From the UHGV virus genome UHGV-1364187: a stretch of DNA of 64,000 bases; one strand, written 5' to 3'. This document shows, piece after piece, positions 1 to 10,649 of the stretch. Both the position numbers and the translations under genes were made by a program. This stretch comes from a virus. Below the pieces are notes generated by a model. It made no database searches and was not told where the DNA came from. It saw nothing but the letters and a program-made list of their open reading frames with translations. Position 1 is the first letter of the stretch. Each line of letters begins with the position of its first letter.

Positions 1-235
1 ATTAGTTTATTAATAGCATTAGTATTCTTAATTTATAATATAAATACACTATATACAATATTAGACAAGAATAATTTATCAAATCTAAAGAAATGGTTTG
101 AAATTGGAATTATATGTCTATGTGTTGTATGTATGAATATTGATATTAATTTCTTATATAACTTATCTATATTTATGATATCTTCAATAATTATCACTAA
201 TATGTGTATAATTATATTAGAAAGGAGATTACAAA

Positions 236-1441
236 ATGAGAAAGCTAAAACTAAACAGTGGACAAGAAAAGATAGTACAAGAAGCAGTGGATTGGTATTT
301 CAATTCATCAGAACAAGTATTTCAAATTTCTGGTCCAGCAGGCTCGGGAAAGAGTACTGTATTACTAGCTATTATCCAACGTATTGGAATCCCTATGAGT
401 CATGTTCTTCCTATGAGTTATGTAGGAGCAGCAGCCTTGAACATGAGACTAAAAGGATTGTATAATGCAAAAACTATTCATTCAGCATTATATGAATTAG
501 TAGATATAATCAAAACAGATTCTTTAGGTAACGTTATTATGGATAAATATTTAAACAGACCTATACTTACACAAGTATTTAGACCTAGAGAATTGATTAA
601 TAATTATTCACTTCTTATTGTTGATGAAGCTGGCATGGTTCCTAGTTATATGAGAAAAGATATACTTCATCATAATATTAAAGTACTTGCTGTTGGAGAT
701 CTTAATCAACTTCCTAGCATAGATGGATCTCCAGCATTCTTATATACAGGAGAAGTTCATTTCCTTACAGAAATTATGAGACAAGGAGTAAACTCTTCTA
801 TTATTGAATTGTCACAAAGAGCAATTAATGGATTACCTATTCATACAGGATATTATCCTAATGATGTATTAGTAATCGATTATGATGACTTAACTTCTGA
901 AATGATAATGAGTTCTAATATGGTTATTTGTGGAAAAAATAATACTAGAGATTTCATAAATAATAAAGTTAGAAAAGAGATACTAGGTATTCATTCGGAG
1001 ATACCTATTTGTGGAGAACGAGTTATGTGTGTTAAAAATGATTGGAATGAAGAAGTTGATGGAATTAATTTAGTAAATGGTCTTACTGGAATAGTACTAA
1101 ATAATCCTGATGTTTCTAATTTTGATGGTAAATCATTTAGAATGGATTTTATGCCTGATTATGGTAATGGACCATTTGTAAACTTACCAATAGATTATGA
1201 GTATATTACTTCATTATCTGATCAAAGAAAGAAATTGAAAAATAGAAACTACTCTAATGGGGAATTGTTCGAGTATGCTTATGCAAGTACATGCCATAAA
1301 GCACAAGGTATGACAATTCCTAGAGTTGTATATTTGGAAGAATATCTGAATAGAGATATTCAAAATAACCTTAACTATACTGCTATTACAAGAGCAAGTC
1401 AAGGTTTAATTTATGTAAAACAAAAACGTAAGTTTTTTTAA
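236..1441 (+). CDS. SF1 DNA helicase, Dda/RecD-like
   Basis: Walker A ISGPAGSGKST, Walker B LLIVDEAGMV, C-terminal TCHKAQGMT motif typical of Dda/RecD/PIF1. N-terminus resembles T4 Dda (LNSGQEKIV vs LTEGQKNAF). RBS AGAAAGGAG 8 nt upstream. Confidence 0.8.
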   Translation: MRKLKLNSGQEKIVQEAVDWYFNSSEQVFQISGPAGSGKSTVLLAIIQRIGIPMSHVLPMSYVGAAALNMRLKGLYNAKTIHSALYELVDIIKTDSLGNVIMDKYLNRPILTQVFRPRELINNYSLLIVDEAGMVPSYMRKDILHHNIKVLAVGDLNQLPSIDGSPAFLYTGEVHFLTEIMRQGVNSSIIELSQRAINGLPIHTGYYPNDVLVIDYDDLTSEMIMSSNMVICGKNNTRDFINNKVRKEILGIHSEIPICGERVMCVKNDWNEEVDGINLVNGLTGIVLNNPDVSNFDGKSFRMDFMPDYGNGPFVNLPIDYEYITSLSDQRKKLKNRNYSNGELFEYAYASTCHKAQGMTIPRVVYLEEYLNRDIQNNLNYTAITRASQGLIYVKQKRKFF

Positions 1442-1483
1442 TAAGAGAATAGTCATTCATAAAAATGAATGACTAATCTCTTA

Positions 1484-1512
1484 TTCAATTATATATTATA
1501 TATATGAATATA
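1484..1512 (+). promoter_or_regulatory. conserved early-promoter element
   Basis: TTCAATTATATATTATATATATGAATATA upstream of the 1536 gene. Confidence 0.5.
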
Positions 1513-1535
1513 ATATTAAAGGAGAGTGTTTTATT

Positions 1536-1916
1536 ATGGAAACAAAACAACTAGTATCACCAGCAGTTATAGTGTCAGCAGAAGAAAGGAATGCTAATTA
1601 TGATAATTTTGATAAGTATTATCTTGTCTTATTAGTATTTAATACAGATCAAGGAGAAGAAAGAGATTGGGTTGTAAAAAGAGGTCGTAAAGAAGCATAT
1701 GATCTATTAAAAGATTACATTCAAAATGATCAATATTTTGATTCTATTGCATCAAAAATTCTTGTTAATGGAAATACATTAGGAGACGAATTATGTGTTG
1801 CTAAATTTATGAGCATTATGCAATTAAGATTTAAAGATAATGAATTTAATATTGACAACTATGTTGAACCAGAAGAATACGATATTGAAGAGGCTAACAT
1901 ATTACCAGAAGAATAA
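1536..1916 (+). CDS. hypothetical acidic protein; N-terminus carries the VSPAVIV motif
   Basis: 126-aa ORF with RBS AAAGGAGAG and the conserved promoter element upstream. Confidence 0.55.
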   Translation: METKQLVSPAVIVSAEERNANYDNFDKYYLVLLVFNTDQGEERDWVVKRGRKEAYDLLKDYIQNDQYFDSIASKILVNGNTLGDELCVAKFMSIMQLRFKDNEFNIDNYVEPEEYDIEEANILPEE

Positions 1917-1933
1917 AAAAGGAGTGAATCAAG

Positions 1934-2398
1934 ATGGCAAAACCAAATAATAAAAACAAAAAACAAAATCAAGACTATTTTAGCAAATCAATTCAACAAA
2001 AAGGAGAAGGATTTATTCAAACGAAATCTCCACAAGAATTACAAAGAGATGCTATTAGAATCTTTAGAGATATTGCTAGAGGTAATATCGATTTAGAAAA
2101 GATGGCTCAATATATGATGGACCAGACAATGTTGACAAATATGATCATAGCAGCAAAAGGAAAACTTACAGCAGAGACAATTAAACGTGATGGTGTTTCT
2201 ATGCTATACTCAGAACAATTAAGAAATCCAATGATTCAAGATACTAGTATGGTAGAAACTGTATTACAAAATCAAATGGCATTAGTAGAAGTATATACAA
2301 TTATTTGTAATATGCTTGAACAAGTGCAATTTACTAATGACCCTGCATGGTTATATACATTAGCTGCACAACTTAGTAGCTATAAGTATATAATTTAA
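1934..2398 (+). CDS. hypothetical protein
   Basis: 154-aa ORF with RBS AAAAAGGAG, packed tightly after the previous gene. Confidence 0.5.
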   Translation: MAKPNNKNKKQNQDYFSKSIQQKGEGFIQTKSPQELQRDAIRIFRDIARGNIDLEKMAQYMMDQTMLTNMIIAAKGKLTAETIKRDGVSMLYSEQLRNPMIQDTSMVETVLQNQMALVEVYTIICNMLEQVQFTNDPAWLYTLAAQLSSYKYII

Positions 2399-2433
2399 CT
2401 TATTAATAATCTATTAAAAAAGGAGGAAAAATA

Positions 2434-2814
2434 ATGACACAATCAGATATCACTGAATTCAAACCGTATATGAAAGAAGATGACATATTTGTAATCATTA
2501 CTGGAAGTCAATATTCTATTATCAATACACCATCAACACCAGTTATCTTTGATGACGCTAAACAAAGAATATATTATTTTTCTATCTCTAATCATAGAAC
2601 AAATAATACACATAACGGTAATAAAAGATTTAGAGAAATGCAAATATTTGAATATGAACAAATTGAAAGTATTATTCTCATTCAAGATGTAGATGATATC
2701 ATTAAAGTTGCACAGGCTAAAGGTATTACTGGAAGTGATTTAGACCGTGTTAAGAAAGCATTAAGTGATAATCATGGTACTTATATCAATGAGAATGAAA
2801 ATGTAAAAGGTTAA
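2434..2814 (+). CDS. hypothetical protein
   Basis: 126-aa ORF with RBS AAAGGAGG. Confidence 0.5.
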   Translation: MTQSDITEFKPYMKEDDIFVIITGSQYSIINTPSTPVIFDDAKQRIYYFSISNHRTNNTHNGNKRFREMQIFEYEQIESIILIQDVDDIIKVAQAKGITGSDLDRVKKALSDNHGTYINENENVKG

Positions 2815-2884
2815 GATTTAAAACAACTGCAAACTATACAGTAATTATAGTTTGCAGTTAATAAAAAAGTGATAGTAAACAAAA

Positions 2885-2902
2885 TTTCAATTATATATTA
2901 TT
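2885..2902 (+). promoter_or_regulatory. conserved early-promoter element
   Basis: TTTCAATTATATATTATT upstream of the 2973 gene. Confidence 0.45.
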
Positions 2903-2972
2903 AACGTGTAAACAAGTAGTTAATCAACTACATTGTATAAAAATAATTTAAAATTTCAAGGAGGAATTAATT

Positions 2973-3803
2973 ATGTACAACAATTATAATGGTAGTTACA
3001 ATGGACAAGGAAATATGGGTATGGGATACAATGGACAATATCAAGGTCCAGTTATGACAAATGCAGTATCTCAAGAAGAAATTAAAGAACTTAGAAAAGC
3101 AGGTTCAACATCTGCTATTCCACAAGTAACAAGAGCAGAAATGTTAGCTGCAAAATGTACACATAGAGATCCACAAAAGAATTGCTTTGCAACAGTTCCA
3201 GCTAATGAAGAAGGTTATGTAGTATGTACTATTTGTGGTGCAAAATTTAGACCAGTAGAAATGACAGAACAACAAGCAACAGAAGTCGTTAATGAAACAA
3301 TCGATATTGCTCAAACAGCTAAAATGAATTTCATTGACATGAGTCCAACAGCAGTTGTTGAATATTTCCAAATGATTCCACTTCTTAGCAGATTACCAAA
3401 ATTATATGCACAAAGTTTAAACAACTTTAACAAATATGACAATGGTATGCAATATCAACAAAATGGAAATAACAACTTCTTCAATATGTTCTCAGCATTA
3501 ACATCTCCTGGTATGGGCATGGGTTATGGACAACAACCTATGTATCAACAACCAATGTACGGACAACAAATGGGAGGTCAACCAATGTATGGTCAACAAC
3601 CTATGTATCAACAACCAATGTGTGGACAACAAGCTCCACAACAAAACTACTTCTATCAACAACAACCTAATCCATTACAAGCAGCAACAACTGTAATGCA
3701 ACAACAAGGTCAGGTTGCACCAAATCAACCTGTACCACCTCAACAAAATGCTCCAGCACCACAAGCTGGAAAACCAGAAGTTAAAAATGTAATTAATGCC
3801 TAG
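2973..3803 (+). CDS. zinc-ribbon protein with Q/P/M/Y-rich low-complexity repeats
   Basis: C-x8-C...CxxC (KCTHRDPQKNC...CTICGAKF) followed by about seven QQPMYGQQ-type repeats. RBS AAGGAGG. Conserved promoter element at 2885-2902. Confidence 0.6.
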   Translation: MYNNYNGSYNGQGNMGMGYNGQYQGPVMTNAVSQEEIKELRKAGSTSAIPQVTRAEMLAAKCTHRDPQKNCFATVPANEEGYVVCTICGAKFRPVEMTEQQATEVVNETIDIAQTAKMNFIDMSPTAVVEYFQMIPLLSRLPKLYAQSLNNFNKYDNGMQYQQNGNNNFFNMFSALTSPGMGMGYGQQPMYQQPMYGQQMGGQPMYGQQPMYQQPMCGQQAPQQNYFYQQQPNPLQAATTVMQQQGQVAPNQPVPPQQNAPAPQAGKPEVKNVINA

Positions 3804-3830
3804 TACATACTAGGTATAACTTAATAAATA

Positions 3831-3870
3831 AAGTATAACTAGAATTTTCCTAGTTATACTTTATTTTTTT
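3831..3870 (+). terminator. rho-independent terminator
   Basis: Stem aagtataactag/ctagttatactt followed by tattttttt. Confidence 0.6.
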
Positions 3871-3963
3871 CTGTGTAGATACAAAGGCAAATTATTTATG
3901 ATACTAATATTAAATTAACACATAATTATAGACATTAAATTTATTAGAAAGAGGTGTAATGAA

Positions 3964-6351
3964 ATGTCAAAAACATTACAGAAGAATTATCAAGAAAACA
4001 TCGATAATTACAAGAATGAGATTAAACAATTAACAAGACTTGTAGATATCGTAAGACAGATGCCTGGTATGTATATTGGTGATGTTGGATTAAAAGGTCT
4101 TATTAATATGATAAGAGAAATCTTTCAAAATAGTGGAGATCAATTAATGCGTGAAGATTCACCATGTGATCATATTATTGTATCTTTTGATGAAGCTACA
4201 TGTACTATTATAATCGAAGATAATGGTTTTGGTATTCCATTTGGTATTATGGTAAAATTATTTAGTGAACAACATGTAAGCTCGAATTATGAAAAGACTC
4301 CATTTAAGTTTACTTCTGGCAGACATGGTATTGGTTCAAAAGTAACGAATATGTTATCTAAATTCTTTGTTGTGCAATCATTTTCTAGTAAAGATAAGAT
4401 AGGTCATGAGGTAAGATTTGAAGAAGGTGTTTGTGTAGAAGACGAACATGAAATTGAAAATCCAGAAGGAAAGCAAGGCACTGTAGTAACATTTTCACCA
4501 TCAGAATTTATATGGGAAGCTGGAAGAAAGAATGGTATAGAAGAACATTTAAGTTCAGAAGAATTATTAGCATTTATACAATCTTTAGTTCCACAGCTTA
4601 ATATTGGTGCTAAAGTAATATTTAATGCAATAAGACCAGATGGTTCACAAATTCATGAAGTTCTTGTTAATGAAGATGGAATTTTTACACATATTTATGC
4701 AGCAACACAAAATAGCCTTATTGAACCTATTCATATTTTTGATAATACAGATGGTGAGCATAAGGCTGAAATTATATTTACATTTGACCCAACTTCTAAT
4801 ATTTCACCATACATCATTTCATTTGCCAATACATGTCCAGTATCAAATGATTCTAAACATGTAATTGGATTTGAGAATGGTTTGGTTGGATGGTTTAGAA
4901 AATATATGAATAATGTATATTTAAAGAATAGTAAATCGAAAACACAGATTATCGCTAATGATATTAAAGAGGGGCTAATTTGTGCAATGTCTGTATTTGT
5001 ACTAGAGCCAACATTTGATGGTCAATCAAAGAATTCATTGGCTAATGCTGATATGATTAAATATATGCAAGATTTAGTCTATAACGGACTAGAAGAATGG
5101 AGTAAACAAAAACCATCAGATCTTAATAAAGTCTGTAAATATTTAAAAGAGGTAGCAGACTTAAGAACAAAACATGAACAAGGTAAAGTTAAATTAAGTA
5201 ATAACTTTAAATCTTCTAGTATTACAGGTATGCCAAAGAAATACACTAAACCTTCTGGAAAGAAAAATTTAGAGTTATGGATTGTTGAAGGTGATTCTGC
5301 TAATGGTCATGCTAAAGTAGCAAGAAACAAAGAACTCCAAGGAACTTTTCCTATAAGGGGGAAGATGCCTAATGCCTTAACTACAGAAAGAAGTAAATTT
5401 TTATCTAATCAAGAAGTTTCATCTATCATAACAATTGTGTCTAACGGTGATGATAGAAATTATGGAAGAAACTTTGATCTAAACAAATGCATATGGGATA
5501 AAATTATAATTGGAGCTGACGCAGACGAGGATGGTAAACATATAGCAAACCTTATTCTTATATTCTTTATGACTTATATGACGCCATTAGTAATAGATGG
5601 AAGATTATATAAATCAGTACCACCATTATTTGGTATTAATTTTGGTACTGTTCAAAAACCAAATTTCAAATACTTTACAAATAGATTAGAGTATTCTGAA
5701 TATGTACAAAAAGAGTTTGCAAAGAATCATAAATTATCAACAACAACAGGTGTACAATTAACAGATAATGAAGCATTAGCTTTAATCTATAAGAATATTA
5801 TGTACACATACGAGATGGATTTAGTATGTAAACGATATGCACTTGATCCTATCTTATTAGAAACAGTATTGTCAAATATTTATGAACCATTTGAAGTTAT
5901 GAAACAAAGAGTAGAAGATAAGTTTAGATTCATGAAAGTTAATAGAAAAGGAAATATGTATGAGATTACTGGTTTAGTAAACAAAGTATATCAATTACTC
6001 ATTCTTAATGATAAACTTATTGAAGATGCTAAACATATTATAGATTTGATCCATAATGTAAATAATAATAATCTTCATTATTCTGTAGATGGTCAAATAG
6101 TTTCTATGTATACACTTATGTGTATCTATAAGAGTTCAGAACCAAAAGGACTAGTAAGATACAAAGGGTTAGGTGAAATGAATGAAGATCAACTACAAGA
6201 GAGCACAATGGATCCATATGGAAATAGAACATTAATTCAATATACTTTCGAAGATGCTAAAAAAGAAATAGATCGTATACATTGGATTAATAATAACAAA
6301 GATCAATTGTTATCTAAGATTAATGTATCTAGATACGAGTTATTAGGTTAG
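3964..6351 (+). CDS. type II topoisomerase ATPase/TOPRIM subunit (GyrB/ParE/T4 gp39+gp60-like)
   Basis: GHKL boxes: N box EIFQNSGDQ, G1 DNGFGIP, G2 GRHGIGSKVTNMLS. TOPRIM motifs ELWIVEGDSANG and IIGADADEDGKHI. Confidence 0.85.
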   Translation: MSKTLQKNYQENIDNYKNEIKQLTRLVDIVRQMPGMYIGDVGLKGLINMIREIFQNSGDQLMREDSPCDHIIVSFDEATCTIIIEDNGFGIPFGIMVKLFSEQHVSSNYEKTPFKFTSGRHGIGSKVTNMLSKFFVVQSFSSKDKIGHEVRFEEGVCVEDEHEIENPEGKQGTVVTFSPSEFIWEAGRKNGIEEHLSSEELLAFIQSLVPQLNIGAKVIFNAIRPDGSQIHEVLVNEDGIFTHIYAATQNSLIEPIHIFDNTDGEHKAEIIFTFDPTSNISPYIISFANTCPVSNDSKHVIGFENGLVGWFRKYMNNVYLKNSKSKTQIIANDIKEGLICAMSVFVLEPTFDGQSKNSLANADMIKYMQDLVYNGLEEWSKQKPSDLNKVCKYLKEVADLRTKHEQGKVKLSNNFKSSSITGMPKKYTKPSGKKNLELWIVEGDSANGHAKVARNKELQGTFPIRGKMPNALTTERSKFLSNQEVSSIITIVSNGDDRNYGRNFDLNKCIWDKIIIGADADEDGKHIANLILIFFMTYMTPLVIDGRLYKSVPPLFGINFGTVQKPNFKYFTNRLEYSEYVQKEFAKNHKLSTTTGVQLTDNEALALIYKNIMYTYEMDLVCKRYALDPILLETVLSNIYEPFEVMKQRVEDKFRFMKVNRKGNMYEITGLVNKVYQLLILNDKLIEDAKHIIDLIHNVNNNNLHYSVDGQIVSMYTLMCIYKSSEPKGLVRYKGLGEMNEDQLQESTMDPYGNRTLIQYTFEDAKKEIDRIHWINNNKDQLLSKINVSRYELLG

Positions 6352-6363
6352 GAGGAAACAGAA

Positions 6364-8727
6364 ATGGCAACTAGAATTATATCAGTTCCAGCTAGTGAAC
6401 AATTCGAAAACGATACTATTGATTATATGATTGAAGTTAATAGAAAGAGACAGATACCATCAAGTAGAGATGGATTAAAATTTGTTCAAAGAAGAATACT
6501 AGATACTATGACAAGATTTTTAAATTGCTTCAATAAGACTGTAAAAAGCCAATCTATTGTAGGTAGAACAATGGAAATATCCCACCCTCATGGTGGTGGG
6601 GTATATGAAGCAATGAAACCATTAACAAACTGGTTTGAAGAACTTCATCCGCTTATTACAAAACAAGGATCTTTTGGTACAAAATATGGAGACCCTGCAG
6701 CTGCACCACGTTATACGGAAGCAAAAATTTCACAATTTGCAAAAGAAGCGTTAGGTCTATATGACTTAAAAGATTTTGAAAGTATAACAGATTGGTTAAC
6801 GACATATAATAATGATAATGTTGAACCAGAATATTTTCCAGCAGCAATTCCATTATTATTGATCGAAGGGTGTTTTGGTATTGGTATGGGGTTAAAAACA
6901 GAATTACCACCGCATAATTTAGTGGAGGTAATAGATGCAACATTAACTCTGCTTCATAATCCAGATGCAAAAATTATGCTTATACCAGATCAATGTATGC
7001 CATGTTATGTTTTTGATACAGACTTTCAACTTATTTCAAATAAAGGACATGGTTCTGTAACTTTTAGAGGAATAGTTGATATTGAAAAGAGAAATGGAAG
7101 AGATGCATTGATTATTAAATCAGCACCAGATATGGTATATATAAATACTGTTCATGATAAAATTGAAGAATTGGCAGAAGCCAAACAAATTCAATTAGCA
7201 GATTGGTATGAAGAAGATGCATGGAATGGTGATGGTGAAAAATATTCATGGTATGTATGTGAATTAAAGAAAGGTGCAGACCCATATTATACAAGAGATA
7301 TCTTATATAAGAAAACAGAATTAGAACATACTGTTGCTATTTCTTTTGAATCTCTTGATGATGAATATAAACCAGTAAGATATTCTTATAAATCTTATTT
7401 ACAAACATTTATTCAGTTTAGAATGCTTACTAAGTTTAGAGTAATATATTCTAAATTACAATGGTCTCTAACAAGACAACATCAAATAGAAGCATTTATT
7501 AAAGCTATGACATCTGGTCAAATTGATGAGATTATTCATAGAGTAAGACAATCTACTACAAAGAATGATGTAGAGCTTATTGAATATCTTATTCAGCTTC
7601 TAGATATTACAGATTTGCAAGCTAAGTTTATTATTGATGCTAATATCAAGAAACTTAGTCCAGTATATTTACAAGGATATCAAGAAGAATATGCTTCTTT
7701 ACAAGCAGATATTGATAAATATATGTCTGTAGTAGAAAGTGATGATTTGATACTAAGTGAAATTGAACAAGAGTTAATTCAGTTCAAGAATAAGTATGGT
7801 AAACCTAGAAATACTATTGTCATTGATGCTCAAACGGATACAATTCCAAAAGGAGAATTTAAGATTATCATTACACAAAATAACTTCATTAAGAAACTTC
7901 CACTTAATATGAATGGAGTAGGAAGTCTTAAGGGTGATAAGATTAAAACTATAATCAAAGTAGAAAATGATAAAGATATCTTATTATTCGATGAAATTGG
8001 TAAGGTATACAGATTACCAGTACACAAAATTCCAGTATCAGATAAATCTACTAACGGAACGGATGTTAGATTACTATGTAAGAATCTTACGTCAAATATT
8101 GTGACTGTTATGTATACACCAAAAGTACAAGAACTGGCACAATCTGTAGAGCCATATTATCTTACTGCAGTTACAGCAAATGGTAATATTAAGAAACTTG
8201 AACTTCAAGATTTAATTAGTGTACCATTAAGTGGTATCATCTTCTTTAAACTAGATAGTGATGCTATCAGAGATGTAAAGATTGTTCATGATAGACTAGA
8301 CATAGTAGTATATTCATCTGGAGAAGCATTAAGAATTCCAATGAGTGAAATTCCATTACAGAAGAGAAATACAAAAGGTGTTAAGTCTATGAATAACACA
8401 TCTGTTATTGATGGATTTGGAATTGTAACTCCAGATACAACTAATGTATTAGTCATCACTAATAGTGGTAAGATTAACAAACTTAGTATTGTTGCATTAC
8501 CACAAAGTGAACGTAATAAGAAGAGTACTAGAATTATTAAACTTAAACAAGGAGATAGTATTTTCAATGTACATATGTGCAATGATCATAATGTACTTCA
8601 CGTAAATACAACAAATGATAAATTTGATATTCCAGTACAAGATATACCAGATGGAAGTAGTATTTCTGGTGGTAAGAATATGATTTCTCTTAAAGGAGAT
8701 ATTCTTATCAGAACAAGTATTAGATAA
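6364..8727 (+). CDS. type II topoisomerase DNA breakage-reunion subunit (GyrA/ParC/T4 gp52-like)
   Basis: RDGLKFVQRRIL motif, as in GyrA RDGLKPVHRRVL. Active-site region AAPRYTEAKI with the catalytic Tyr. RBS GGAGGAAAC. Terminator immediately downstream. Confidence 0.85.
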   Translation: MATRIISVPASEQFENDTIDYMIEVNRKRQIPSSRDGLKFVQRRILDTMTRFLNCFNKTVKSQSIVGRTMEISHPHGGGVYEAMKPLTNWFEELHPLITKQGSFGTKYGDPAAAPRYTEAKISQFAKEALGLYDLKDFESITDWLTTYNNDNVEPEYFPAAIPLLLIEGCFGIGMGLKTELPPHNLVEVIDATLTLLHNPDAKIMLIPDQCMPCYVFDTDFQLISNKGHGSVTFRGIVDIEKRNGRDALIIKSAPDMVYINTVHDKIEELAEAKQIQLADWYEEDAWNGDGEKYSWYVCELKKGADPYYTRDILYKKTELEHTVAISFESLDDEYKPVRYSYKSYLQTFIQFRMLTKFRVIYSKLQWSLTRQHQIEAFIKAMTSGQIDEIIHRVRQSTTKNDVELIEYLIQLLDITDLQAKFIIDANIKKLSPVYLQGYQEEYASLQADIDKYMSVVESDDLILSEIEQELIQFKNKYGKPRNTIVIDAQTDTIPKGEFKIIITQNNFIKKLPLNMNGVGSLKGDKIKTIIKVENDKDILLFDEIGKVYRLPVHKIPVSDKSTNGTDVRLLCKNLTSNIVTVMYTPKVQELAQSVEPYYLTAVTANGNIKKLELQDLISVPLSGIIFFKLDSDAIRDVKIVHDRLDIVVYSSGEALRIPMSEIPLQKRNTKGVKSMNNTSVIDGFGIVTPDTTNVLVITNSGKINKLSIVALPQSERNKKSTRIIKLKQGDSIFNVHMCNDHNVLHVNTTNDKFDIPVQDIPDGSSISGGKNMISLKGDILIRTSIR

Positions 8728-8733
8728 AACATA

Positions 8734-8769
8734 AACAGGAATGGATAACCCATTCCTGTTTTATTTTTT
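8734..8769 (+). terminator. rho-independent terminator after the topoisomerase genes
   Basis: Stem aacaggaatgg/ccattcctgtt followed by ttatttttt. Confidence 0.65.
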
Positions 8770-8810
8770 GCCTGAAACATATAAATAATGACGAAAGGAG
8801 AGTGATAGAA

Positions 8811-9359
8811 GTGGCAAGAGATAAGATTACTATTAATGAATTGTCAGACTATTTGAAACAGAAAATAGAATCATCATCTACTTCTACAAATAATAGTTAT
8901 AGTAAATCTGAAATTGACACAAAGATAGATGAAGTTAAAGAAATGATTCAAAATATTACAGTAGACCCATCACAAATAGATCTTAGTAATTATTATACTA
9001 AAAGTGAAGCTGAAGTATTTGTAAGTAAACTCATATCTACAGCTATTGTAGAGCATAATACAGATACGAAATCTCATAATGGTATTAGTACAAAAGTTTC
9101 AGATATTACGAAGATGCTAAGTAATTTATCTATATCTACTAGAGCATATAAACTTGATGTAACACAAGATATGCAAACTGAGTTTACTATATCTGATACA
9201 TCATTTACACCTGGAATTAATATTGGAAGTATTGTAGTATGGAATACTATAGTATTAACAGATTATACTATAAATGGAAGAATATTAACATTCTCTAGCG
9301 GTATCAATTTAGGATCTAATCTTACATTAGTAGTATTCTCTATAGAAGGAGTGATTTAA
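8811..9359 (+). CDS. hypothetical structural protein, paralog of 10650-11108
   Basis: Start moved to the GTG at 8811, which is 10 nt after the AAAGGAGAG RBS. Shares NYYTK and a C-terminal L(T/S)LVV..E pattern with the 10650 ORF. Confidence 0.45.
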   Translation: MARDKITINELSDYLKQKIESSSTSTNNSYSKSEIDTKIDEVKEMIQNITVDPSQIDLSNYYTKSEAEVFVSKLISTAIVEHNTDTKSHNGISTKVSDITKMLSNLSISTRAYKLDVTQDMQTEFTISDTSFTPGINIGSIVVWNTIVLTDYTINGRILTFSSGINLGSNLTLVVFSIEGVI

Positions 9360-9360
9360 A

Positions 9361-9771
9361 ATGACACCAGAGAAAACATCATCTATGACTGAATTTATAT
9401 CTGTGGGAAGTATAGAAAAAATGACTTTCCAGAATAGTATTATATTAGCACAAGCTTCAGAGTCCACTGTACAATACGGAATACATAGTATAATAGATGA
9501 CTATCTTGATGAAATACTTGAAGAATGTGTTGTATTACAACTAACTAATACAGAGATGATGACATATAAATACAAACCTTGGTTGTTATCTTATCATATA
9601 TACAATACTACAGATTTAGATTTTCTTATATTACGTCTTAATAATATGATTTCCCCAAAAGATTTTACTAAGAATAAACTTACTGTTATAAAACCTAGTG
9701 GTTTAGAGTTAATCAATAAAATATATAATGCGGAGAAAAAATATATAAGAGCAAATAGAAATACTTTATAA
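9361..9771 (+). CDS. hypothetical protein
   Basis: 136-aa ORF. TAAAATG stop/start arrangement with an upstream GAAGGAG. Confidence 0.45.
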   Translation: MTPEKTSSMTEFISVGSIEKMTFQNSIILAQASESTVQYGIHSIIDDYLDEILEECVVLQLTNTEMMTYKYKPWLLSYHIYNTTDLDFLILRLNNMISPKDFTKNKLTVIKPSGLELINKIYNAEKKYIRANRNTL

Positions 9772-9866
9772 AAATTATATACGTCTACAATTTTTACACC
9801 GTAGACGTATATAATTTAACATCTATATAAATTTTATATTACTTTAGAAAAGGAGGTTAGAATGTA

Positions 9867-10622
9867 ATGAATGGTCAAATTCAGAAGTTTAATCTATCCA
9901 AAGAATTAGCAGATGAAATAGATTCAAAAGTTTCATCTAATGATATTTATACAAAAACAGAAACTGATACATTACTAGATAATAAAGCTAATTCTAGTGA
10001 TGTGTATACTAAAACTGAAGTTGATTCACTTATATCAACGTCTAGTGGATCATATACAAAAAAAGAAATAGATGATAAATTTGGTAATTTATGCTGGAAA
10101 GATCCAGTTACAGATTTTTCTAATTTATCTTCATTCTATCCATCTCCGAAATCAGGATGGGTAGTTCCAGTAATTAATGATAATATGATTTATAGATATG
10201 ATGGTTCTGCTTGGGTAGCATTAATTAAAGACGCTTCAACATTATCAAGTGGATTACTATCTACTACATTATATGAAAAACTGTCTGAAGATTATACTAA
10301 AGATGAAATAGATGATCTTATAGCAAATATATCTTTGACAGATTATTACACAAAAACACAAACAGATACATTGCTAGATAATAAAGCTAATTCTAGTGAT
10401 GTGTATACTAAAACACAAGTTGATAATCTATTATCTAATAATTCTAGTAATGATGCTGAATTAGTAAATGAAATTCTGGCTTCTAAATTAAAATATAATA
10501 GATTATTCAATTTAGATGCAGAAATTACATCATCATATATAATAGATACTTTAAAATATGATTCAAAAATATCAGATTACAACGGTTGTTCTTTCAATTC
10601 AGATTTAGGAACAATTGAGTAA
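9867..10622 (+). CDS. tail fibre-like protein with YTKTE(V/T)D repeats
   Basis: Two internal near-identical segments (DTLLDNKANSSDVYTKT). N-terminus ...FNLSKELADEID is shared with 11131 and 23638. Confidence 0.5.
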   Translation: MNGQIQKFNLSKELADEIDSKVSSNDIYTKTETDTLLDNKANSSDVYTKTEVDSLISTSSGSYTKKEIDDKFGNLCWKDPVTDFSNLSSFYPSPKSGWVVPVINDNMIYRYDGSAWVALIKDASTLSSGLLSTTLYEKLSEDYTKDEIDDLIANISLTDYYTKTQTDTLLDNKANSSDVYTKTQVDNLLSNNSSNDAELVNEILASKLKYNRLFNLDAEITSSYIIDTLKYDSKISDYNGCSFNSDLGTIE

Positions 10623-10649
10623 ATAAAATAAAAAAGGAGGTATAATATC

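Noticed and set aside
133-465. 110-aa ORF overlapping the helicase start
   Set aside because: It is the unterminated tail of an upstream, partly hydrophobic reading frame that enters at position 1. The helicase start at 236 has a good RBS and a Dda-like N-terminus. The overlap portion looks non-coding.
2824-2859. Hairpin aactgcaaactata/tatagtttgcagtt after the 2434 gene as a terminator
   Set aside because: It is followed by an A-run and not a U-tract on the coding strand. The next gene's promoter element starts about 25 bp later. It may be a structural or operator element but is not supported as an intrinsic terminator.
1214-8780. Short antisense ORFs inside the helicase and topoisomerase genes (1214-1402, 3144-3371, 4640-4864, 6656-6970, 7830-8027, 8286-8582, 8598-8780)
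   Set aside because: They are embedded opposite or inside strongly supported genes. They have low-complexity hydrophobic composition typical of AT-rich antisense frames and no RBS.
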